From Candidatus Woesearchaeota archaeon (GTDB lineage Archaea; Nanobdellota; Nanobdellia; Woesearchaeales; ARS49), in NCBI GenBank assembly GCA_038868995.1, contig JAWCRZ010000006.1:1-63692 (forward strand): DNA of 63,692 nt, given 5' to 3'. Position 1 is the stretch's first letter; each line of letters starts with the position of its first letter. A program made the position numbers and the translations under genes. A model generated the notes under the pieces. That model had not been told where the DNA came from. It ran no database searches and saw only the letters and a list, made by a program, of their open reading frames with translations. Below, piece by piece: positions 18,864-26,382 of this stretch.

Positions 18864-19604
18864 ATGGGGGTTTTACCGATACAAGTCAGCAATGTTGTCG
18901 ACTTTTCACTTATTTTAACACTTGTTGGCATAGTTTCTTATTTCTTCGGAAGATTAATGTATGAAGTCGGTTGGCAAAGAGAAGATAAATTTTCCAATTA
19001 CGTACACGGCTTTCTTTTTTTATGTTTCTTTGTTTTTCTACCTCTGTTCATCTTCTTGTTTGTAACACAAAAAGTCACTTTTACAAAAGAATCAGCCATC
19101 GTTCTTTCGGTACAATTTATCACGATTTTCTGGGTGAGAAAATTTTGGCGAAAAGATATAACTCTAAATCGCATAGAAAAATCCTCGGATGAGGAATTAC
19201 AAAGACGAGGCCTTATACCTTTCATCTCAATGTTTCCTAAGTTAAGAACATGGCCTGTGAAAGTAGCAACAGCAATATTTTTACTCCAGCTTTTCATATT
19301 GAGTGCCGTCCAATCCATAGGCTTTTATCTTATTCTCACAGGCACGTCACACGTAAGTGTGAAATTCTTTTCTTTTGCAATGGCTGTAGTAGCATTGGGC
19401 ATGCTGGCCGCATTGCAGAAAAAAGTTGAACTGAAGTTTTTTGATGCGACAGTCTCTTTTGGGAATAAAAAGCTAAGCGGCAGACTTCATAAAATCGAGG
19501 ATGAATGGGTTACTATAATAAAAGACACGAAGACAAAAAAACAAGTATTACACATAAACAAAGATAAAATTGATTCTATTATGATCAATTTACCAAAAAA
19601 ATGA
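18864..19604 (+). CDS. Multi-pass membrane protein with small C-terminal beta domain
   Basis: About 5 hydrophobic segments, AT-rich; TATA-like tttaaa at 18835-18840 favours ATG 18864. Confidence 0.7.
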   Translation: MGVLPIQVSNVVDFSLILTLVGIVSYFFGRLMYEVGWQREDKFSNYVHGFLFLCFFVFLPLFIFLFVTQKVTFTKESAIVLSVQFITIFWVRKFWRKDITLNRIEKSSDEELQRRGLIPFISMFPKLRTWPVKVATAIFLLQLFILSAVQSIGFYLILTGTSHVSVKFFSFAMAVVALGMLAALQKKVELKFFDATVSFGNKKLSGRLHKIEDEWVTIIKDTKTKKQVLHINKDKIDSIMINLPKK

Positions 19605-20266
19605 AGAATCCTAATCGACTATTAAGAAAGTTAAGAACGTTTGCCAATGCCAATATTCGCGATATCTTAAATAATCAGCACCAATCAATTCTTTATCCTG
19701 TGCCGAAAAAATATCTTCCTGTTAACACCTACTTAAGAGATTTGTATAATCAAGCATATTACTGCCTTTATGCAAATATGGGCGATGCGTCATTGGCATT
19801 ATCATGTGTATGTTTAGAAAAAATTTCCAGGGATTTCTATTCTAAATTTATAGGGAGTCGGCCAGTAACATGGAATCAAGTCTTAGAGCAATTAATTAAA
19901 CATTTTAAGGGAAAGAAGGAAAATGAAGAGAATAAGGCATTTCTCATACTCTTAAATGATGTTCTTGAAAGAAAAGATAGGATAAGGAATCTTCTGTTGC
20001 ATGGGAAGATAGACGAGTTCATTCTCGATACAAAACTCGAACATAAAGCATTCAATGTCTTAACTGGTCAATATGAAAATATACAATTAAATTATGATGA
20101 ACGCATTCATGGCAAGAAAAAATCGCGGATTAAACATGAAAAAGTAAACTTAATGGCGCATGATACGCTATGCCTATTGTCCATAACAATAATTCGTTTT
20201 AATAAGCACATAGATTTGCAGTCATTAAAAGATGAAGATAATCGTTTAATAACAACAAATAAATAG
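19601..20266 (+). CDS. HEPN/DUF4145-like protein (putative RNase)
   Basis: LYNQAYYC...ASLALSCVCLE helix pattern and RNLLLH (Rx4H); ATGA overlap with upstream gene. Confidence 0.6.
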   Translation: MKNPNRLLRKLRTFANANIRDILNNQHQSILYPVPKKYLPVNTYLRDLYNQAYYCLYANMGDASLALSCVCLEKISRDFYSKFIGSRPVTWNQVLEQLIKHFKGKKENEENKAFLILLNDVLERKDRIRNLLLHGKIDEFILDTKLEHKAFNVLTGQYENIQLNYDERIHGKKKSRIKHEKVNLMAHDTLCLLSITIIRFNKHIDLQSLKDEDNRLITTNK

Positions 20267-20331
20267 AAGCTATTCTTCTCTATCTAATAGATTCTTGCAA
20301 CACATCGCAAGCCAGTAGATGCTTACGAAGA

Positions 20332-20355
20332 GGGTGCTGCTTCCCGTGCGAGGCT
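20332..20355 (+). repeat. Degenerate attR-like copy of the tRNA-Thr 3' end
   Basis: gggtgctgcttcccgtgcgaggct vs gggtgcaac-tcccgtcggaggct (14002-14024): 19/24 matches. Confidence 0.55.
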
Positions 20356-20487
20356 CTAAAATTGCTTAGCGATTTTAGATCCTCGAAGTGCAAGGCACAT
20401 TCGAGGCTTAAGAAGTATTTTAAGTGTCTTCTTAAATGCAATTCAGTAAAAACAAAACTTATTAAATACAACAATCGCATTCAAATT

Positions 20488-20694
20488 ATGATGAAAACAC
20501 TCGCAGCACTGAAAGGAATAATCGCAATCGCGTTTGCAATCCAATCGCTTGTCGTCTCATTCGCGATGATAAACAAACAACTCACCGTTCCATTTTTGAT
20601 GCCAGGCGTAACAGTGGCAGCAGGATGGATCACATTGATATTAGTAATTGTCGCAATAATATTCTCACTCTTCAGAATAGCAAAACTGTTCTGA
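20488..20694 (+). CDS. Small two-TM membrane protein (68 aa)
   Basis: MMKTLAALKGIIAIAFAIQ...; TATA-like ttattaaa ~25 nt upstream. Confidence 0.55.
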   Translation: MMKTLAALKGIIAIAFAIQSLVVSFAMINKQLTVPFLMPGVTVAAGWITLILVIVAIIFSLFRIAKLF

Positions 20695-20796
20695 TACAAT
20701 GTCGTCAAACTCTAAAGAATCTGATGAACATTTGCACTATTAACATATCGGTTTTTATTCGCAAGCTTTAAAAGCCGCTTTTCTCGAACACAAGAT

Positions 20797-22554
20797 ATGC
20801 CGCGAATCGCTATTGTCAGGAAAGACCGGTGCAACCCGCAAGGATGCGGAGGATATCTATGCGCACGCGTCTGCCCGGTCAACATGGAAGGGCAGGACTG
20901 CATAGTTCCAGCGCCGACAGGAGACAAGAAGCCAATCATTGACGAACACCTGTGCACAGGATGCGGAATATGCCCAAACAGGTGCCCGTTTGGAGCAATA
21001 GACATAATCAATTTGCCCGAGCAGCTTGAGAATCCCATACACAGATATGGACGCAACGGATTTCACCTTTATTCAATTCCAACACCGATTTTTGGACAAG
21101 TTGCCGGCATATTGGGAAGAAACGGAATTGGAAAGTCAACTGCCATCAAGATTATTGCAGGAGTGCTGAAACCAAATTTAGGCGGCGAAAAAGAAGTTGA
21201 GTGGAAAGAAATGGTCAAATTCTTCAAAGGAAAAGAAGCGCAAAGCTATTTTGAAGCAGTACGCGACGGAAAGATAAAAGTTTCATACAAGCCGCAGCAT
21301 GTTGAGCTGATTGCACAAACGCAAAAAGGCAAAGTAAGAGAGTTATTGAAAAAAGTTGATGAAAGAAAGAAGTATGATGAAATTATTGACGCACTGCAAT
21401 TGCGCGACGTACTTGACAGGGATATTTCACAGGTGTCAGGAGGGGAACTGCAGAGAATAGCCATCGCAGCAACTGTATTGCGCCAGGCAAACTTGTACAT
21501 ATTCGACGAGCCGAGCAGCTATTTGGACATAAAACAGCGCATCAAAGTAGCACAGTTCATCAAAGGACTGGCAAACGAGCAGACAGCGGTGCTTGTAGTA
21601 GAACACGATTTGATTATTCTTGACTACATGACAGATTTACTGCACATAATGTACGGAAAAGAAGGCGCATACGGCATTGTCTCGCTTCCAAAGCCAACAA
21701 GAACAGGCATGAACATCTACCTTGAAGGATTTATCCGAGATGAAAACATGAGGTTCAGAGACCACGAGATAAAATTCCTGTCAAGACCGCCTCAAAAAGC
21801 GATTTCAAAGACAGCGCTGACCTCCTGGGGGGCAATAAGCAAAAAATTAGGAGATTTCCACTTGCATGCGCACGAAGGCACAATTGGAAGAAATCAAATC
21901 ATCGGAATTCTTGGAGAAAACGGAATTGGAAAAACAACTTTTGTAAAAATATTAGCCGGAGTTATCAAGCCAGATTCTGGAGATGTTGATACAAAAATCA
22001 AAGTTGCGTACAAACCACAATATCTTGAAGGAAGAAGCGACGAACTGGTCATGAATCTGCTAAATGAGGCAGCATCAAAATACCAAAATCAAATAATCAA
22101 ACCGTTGGAAATTGACACTTTGATGCTAAAACCATTGAATACGCTGTCAGGAGGAGAATTACAGAGAGTGGCGATAGCACACTGCTTGTCACAACAGGCA
22201 GACCTTTATTTGTTGGACGAGCCAAGTGCCTATCTGGACATTGAGCAGAGATTGGCATTCAGCAAAGTAATTCGAGACATTGCAGAACAAAGAGGAGTAA
22301 GCATATTAATAGTAGACCACGATTTGCTGTTTATTGACTATCTTGCTGATAAGTTAATTGTGTTTGACGGCAAGCCTGCACACGAAGGCACTGTTGAAGG
22401 ACCATTCACCATGGAGCAAGGCATGAACAAATTCTTGACTGATTTAAAAATAACAATGAGGCGCGACAAGGAAAGCAACAGGCCAAGAATCAACAAGCCA
22501 GACAGCCGGCTGGACAGAGAACAAAAAGAAGCGGGAAAATTTTATTACACTTAA
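20797..22554 (+). CDS. rli: Ribosome recycling ATPase ABCE1/RLI
   Basis: N-terminal 2x[4Fe-4S] Cys motifs, two ABC domains (GRNGIGKS, GENGIGKT, SGGELQR). Confidence 0.96.
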   Translation: MPRIAIVRKDRCNPQGCGGYLCARVCPVNMEGQDCIVPAPTGDKKPIIDEHLCTGCGICPNRCPFGAIDIINLPEQLENPIHRYGRNGFHLYSIPTPIFGQVAGILGRNGIGKSTAIKIIAGVLKPNLGGEKEVEWKEMVKFFKGKEAQSYFEAVRDGKIKVSYKPQHVELIAQTQKGKVRELLKKVDERKKYDEIIDALQLRDVLDRDISQVSGGELQRIAIAATVLRQANLYIFDEPSSYLDIKQRIKVAQFIKGLANEQTAVLVVEHDLIILDYMTDLLHIMYGKEGAYGIVSLPKPTRTGMNIYLEGFIRDENMRFRDHEIKFLSRPPQKAISKTALTSWGAISKKLGDFHLHAHEGTIGRNQIIGILGENGIGKTTFVKILAGVIKPDSGDVDTKIKVAYKPQYLEGRSDELVMNLLNEAASKYQNQIIKPLEIDTLMLKPLNTLSGGELQRVAIAHCLSQQADLYLLDEPSAYLDIEQRLAFSKVIRDIAEQRGVSILIVDHDLLFIDYLADKLIVFDGKPAHEGTVEGPFTMEQGMNKFLTDLKITMRRDKESNRPRINKPDSRLDREQKEAGKFYYT

Positions 22555-23123
22555 GCGCGGCCTCGGCTTTCTCCCTTGACAATGCCAGCAGCAATAATAT
22601 GAGCGATTCTCAACGGCTCAGGAATATAGGAATGAATTGTTGTCAGCTTCATGAACTGCTTTGTCCTTTCCAAATCAATATTAATATGCTGCACATAGAC
22701 CTTCCCAATTTTAATCGGTTGAGGCAACTGTGTGATAAGTTTGACCTTCTTCTTCATTCCCAAATTGGCCAAAGTTGCCAGAATTTTGGGAATGTCAGGA
22801 TACTGACGTGTAACGGCAATGACAGGAAGCTTTGTCAGCTTTGAAAGCTTTGGAAGGTCAATTATGTTAAAGCCGCCAACACCAATGCCATTCAAAAAAA
22901 TACAGCGAAGCTGGCTGTGAAATCTTGATTTGTTAATCATTTGAGCAATATTTTTTGTGGCGTCTGAGCCATCTACTTTGGCGGTGGTAGAGACAACACC
23001 GTCCAAATAATCACCGCCACGGTAAATTGTACCAACAACAAGCACCTTTCCCTTCCTAAACTTGAAGAACGGACCATCATCAATTCCGATGATACGTACT
23101 TCCCTTCTCAAATGCTTACGCAT
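22551..23123 (-). CDS. DUF99 family (endonuclease V-like) protein
   Basis: IIGIDDGPF, VDGSDAT, GGFNIID, IPEPLRIAH. Confidence 0.85.
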   Translation of the reverse strand: MRKHLRREVRIIGIDDGPFFKFRKGKVLVVGTIYRGGDYLDGVVSTTAKVDGSDATKNIAQMINKSRFHSQLRCIFLNGIGVGGFNIIDLPKLSKLTKLPVIAVTRQYPDIPKILATLANLGMKKKVKLITQLPQPIKIGKVYVQHINIDLERTKQFMKLTTIHSYIPEPLRIAHIIAAGIVKGESRGRA

Positions 23124-23158
23124 ACACAAACCAATTGAAAATCAGCATTTAAGCATTA

Positions 23159-23223
23159 CGGCTCGCTTCGCCCGAAAACGCTCAGATGCGCTCCGAAGTC
23201 CCTTCATTCGAACTTGCTCGCCG
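23159..23223 (-). other. GC-rich branched stem-loop between divergent promoters
   Basis: Minus strand: CGGC-GA-GC/GC-GA-GCCG and GTTCGAA/TTCGGGC close two short hairpins. Confidence 0.45.
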
Positions 23224-23265
23224 AAACTGATAACCTTTTTATAATAAACAGAATGAGAGTCGTCA

Positions 23266-24897
23266 ATGAAGTTGGAAAAAGAAATATTCGCACTCTGGAA
23301 AGAGATAAATCCAGAGGCAGCATTTGGTTCTGGATTAAAGCAGTACGCAGGGCAATTATGGATTCCTTCACACACAAATGTAAAGAAAGCGCTTGCACGC
23401 ATAGAGAAACTACACAAGAATGCAGATACTGCCACGAAGAAGTTTTTGGAAGCGATGAGAAGGGACTTAATGCTCGAAGAGCCACAATACCCTCCAGGAG
23501 CAATACTCAGCGTTTTCTTCACACATTTAATCGTTGAAGGAATCAATGAAAAACATCTGCTTTCATTGGCGGAACAAAGTTTGAGTTTTCTCGGAGTACA
23601 AGAGGATTTATGGGAGAAAAAATGGCCTGTTGAAATGCAAATATTTACTGCGCAGGAATGCGACGGTGGCCGCGCAATTATTGAGACAATAAAGAAAAAA
23701 TGCAGGAAAAAAGATACAAAAGAAGCATTAACTGCAGTGCAGAGAAGATTGGACATCTGGAAGCATAAAATCAGCACGGTGGCTCTCAAGAAGAACAATT
23801 TTACAGAAACATACCCAATACTTAAAAAGAAATCAACAGGACTTGGAAGAAATAACAATTATCGAGCGACAATCAAGGATTTATATGACTACACAGAAAC
23901 ACCAGAAGAAATTGAAAGATTAGCAGAATCATGGATAGACAAAGAGTATTTCGGCTTCCAGAAGATATTACGAAAGCTTGCAAAAAGGTATAAATGCAGA
24001 CCTACTGTAGAACATATTGAGAAAGCGCTCGACAAACACCAGCATATTCCTCCAAAGAAACTGGTGAAAGCAGTTGAAGGGCTTCGAAAAGTAATAAAGC
24101 CGCTGGCAGAACAGGAATGGGTGAAAATAACGCCAAAATACGACGTCAGAGTAATAGAGACACCGCCTTATCTTGTGCCGTTCCTGCCTACAGCAGCCAT
24201 GCAGACATTCAACAGCTTGACAAAACCATTCTGCCTGTCGTTTATTACAACAGACACCAAAGCAAGCCCCAGCACATGCGTGCCAGATTTGATACAAACA
24301 ATTATACACGAAGAATACGGGCATTGCGTCAATTTCCTGAACAGCTACACAGGCATTATTGGAAAACCACGCCTTATTGAAATATTAGGAAGCACTCTGG
24401 ACACTCCAATAACCGAAGGCATATCATTCTTCAGGGAATTGGAGAGTTTGAAAACATTCGACAGAATGCTGCACAGAGGAGCACACAACAAAGTAGAAAA
24501 AGCGGTAATGAGAGAAATAGAGAAATATGTAAAATTTGAAGAATTTGTCGATGGAATATTCTTTGTTGTCATGAAATGGAGAATGACAAGATTTCTAAGG
24601 GCTATAAGCGACGTAAGATTAAATTTGGAAAAACAGACATTCCCAGAATTTATCGAATGGGCACACAAAAAGACAGGATTAAGCAGGAAAATGATATTTG
24701 ACCAAACATTCCACTTTCAAGAAAACCCGGGATACGCACCATGCTACAGCATATTCGGGCAAAAATTGCGCGAAATGCAGGCAAATGCAATCAAAAAAGG
24801 AGCCACACAGAAAGAATTCAACACATTTGCAGCAAGCAGCGGATTTCCAGCAAGAAGCATATTTGAAAAGAAGATAAAAGCACGATTCAAGATTTGA
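23266..24897 (+). CDS. DUF885-like putative zincin metalloprotein
   Basis: IHEEYGH, TEG, PGYAPCY. Confidence 0.65.
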   Translation: MKLEKEIFALWKEINPEAAFGSGLKQYAGQLWIPSHTNVKKALARIEKLHKNADTATKKFLEAMRRDLMLEEPQYPPGAILSVFFTHLIVEGINEKHLLSLAEQSLSFLGVQEDLWEKKWPVEMQIFTAQECDGGRAIIETIKKKCRKKDTKEALTAVQRRLDIWKHKISTVALKKNNFTETYPILKKKSTGLGRNNNYRATIKDLYDYTETPEEIERLAESWIDKEYFGFQKILRKLAKRYKCRPTVEHIEKALDKHQHIPPKKLVKAVEGLRKVIKPLAEQEWVKITPKYDVRVIETPPYLVPFLPTAAMQTFNSLTKPFCLSFITTDTKASPSTCVPDLIQTIIHEEYGHCVNFLNSYTGIIGKPRLIEILGSTLDTPITEGISFFRELESLKTFDRMLHRGAHNKVEKAVMREIEKYVKFEEFVDGIFFVVMKWRMTRFLRAISDVRLNLEKQTFPEFIEWAHKKTGLSRKMIFDQTFHFQENPGYAPCYSIFGQKLREMQANAIKKGATQKEFNTFAASSGFPARSIFEKKIKARFKI

Positions 24898-25660
24898 TTT
24901 TTCTAACAAAAGTAATAAAGCCGGAATGACCGATGTCAGTGCCCTTTGGATGCACAATCTTGCCTTCAACTTTCCAAAGACGCTCAATAATTTCAATCGT
25001 TTTTGAACAGTGCAAATTATCGTGCTTCTGCACTTCATTCACAAATTCTTGAACCTGTGTTGTGTTTGGAGAATAATTCACAAGAAAACCACCTATTTTA
25101 AGAGATTTGGCAGCATGCTTTACCACATGCCAAGGCTCAGGAACATCAACTGTAATTACATCTACATCCTTTTCATCAATTCCATCATACATATTTTTCT
25201 TCTTGATAGTAATGTTTGTGATTCCAAGTAACTTCAGATTGGCATCAGCTGTGTTGATGCAGTCGTCACGAATTTCGTAAGCAGTGACGTGCTTTGCAAT
25301 GTGTGCTAATGCGCCTGCCAATGCTCCACTGCCAAGACCGCCATCAACAACAATCGAGTCCCTGTTGAGACCTGTTTCAGCAATTATAAGACCAATGTCT
25401 TTCAACGGAATTGTTTGAGGAAGCTTGCGCAAACGCTTGAAAATGTCAATATAGGAAGCATCAAGAATGATGAACTCCTTGCCAACGTCAGTTTTAACAA
25501 TTGAACCGGAGGGCAGGGAAAGGTCTTTCTTGAAAACAGTGCCATATAGGGTTTGAACATCTTTGGAAAGATCAGTAACAAAATATGTCTTGGCTTTGGC
25601 CACAATAAATTCCCTGCCATCAACCACTTCACGCCTTTCCCTATGAATCAATAGCTTCAT
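24887..25660 (-). CDS. trmI: tRNA (adenine-57/58-N1)-methyltransferase
   Basis: PQTIPLKD, DGGLGSGAL, DVPEPW, GHSGF. Confidence 0.9.
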   Translation of the reverse strand: MKLLIHRERREVVDGREFIVAKAKTYFVTDLSKDVQTLYGTVFKKDLSLPSGSIVKTDVGKEFIILDASYIDIFKRLRKLPQTIPLKDIGLIIAETGLNRDSIVVDGGLGSGALAGALAHIAKHVTAYEIRDDCINTADANLKLLGITNITIKKKNMYDGIDEKDVDVITVDVPEPWHVVKHAAKSLKIGGFLVNYSPNTTQVQEFVNEVQKHDNLHCSKTIEIIERLWKVEGKIVHPKGTDIGHSGFITFVRKIKS

Positions 25661-25716
25661 AATGAGAAATCGACTATAAAGGGTTTAAAAAACTAATGGA
25701 AAAAATAAATTAAAAA

Positions 25717-26154
25717 TTACTTTTTGCCCTTGCACTGCCTGCAGCCGCTAAACGCCAAGCTGAGCAAGCCAATAAAGTAGGCAAAGTTAACTGCAGTGTT
25801 GCCACCGCCAGTGTTCATCACCAAAAGCTCTCTCAGCATGCCAACCATATGAGGAGCAGCGCCAAGCTTGAACGTCTTGACAAAAGCAATCAAGATGAAC
25901 ACTGCCAAAATCAACGCTGCGCATGCCGAATGCCAATTGAACAACAATGCAAGGCCTCCAAGCAGTTCAATCGCGATTGCCAAATATAGAAGTGCCGGCC
26001 CAGCCCCTCCAAAAAGAACGGTAAACATATCCTTTGCCATCGGCAAACTCATAATCTTGTCCAATGCTGCGACCAAGAAAGCAATTCCAAAACCAATTCT
26101 TAATATGACTGGTGCCCACTCCTGATGTTTTTGAAAAAACTTCATTCCTCCCAT
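25717..26154 (-). CDS. DoxX family membrane protein
   Basis: ILRIGFGIAFL..K, IELLGGLALL; GGAGG RBS 8 nt upstream of ATG 26154. Confidence 0.75.
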   Translation of the reverse strand: MGGMKFFQKHQEWAPVILRIGFGIAFLVAALDKIMSLPMAKDMFTVLFGGAGPALLYLAIAIELLGGLALLFNWHSACAALILAVFILIAFVKTFKLGAAPHMVGMLRELLVMNTGGGNTAVNFAYFIGLLSLAFSGCRQCKGKK

Positions 26155-26229
26155 AGTCACAACCTCCTTAATAATTTCAAAGGAATAAAGGAATGATGTT
26201 TAAAAGCATTTCCCCAAATTATGCCAAAA

Positions 26230-26302
26230 AGGCGAGGATGGGACTCGAACCCATGAATCGCAGGGTTGCAGCCTGCTGCCTTTGCCGCTTGGCTACCTCG
26301 CC
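26230..26302 (-). tRNA. tRNA-Cys(GCA)
   Basis: GGCGAGG/CCTCGCC, U73, anticodon loop CTGCAAC, GGTTCGAGTCC. Confidence 0.93.
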
Positions 26303-26382
26303 AGATATGATTTTTCCCCTCACTGCAATATATATAACTTTTGGCAGTAACCTTTTTAAAAAGAATATTTGATGAAACAAGT

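Larger units (their letters stand above)
14002..20355. mobile_element. tRNA-Thr-integrated genomic island (~6.3 kb)
   Basis: Tyrosine integrase just downstream of the tRNA, R-M and AT-rich cargo, degenerate copy of the tRNA 3' end at 20332-20355. Confidence 0.72.
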
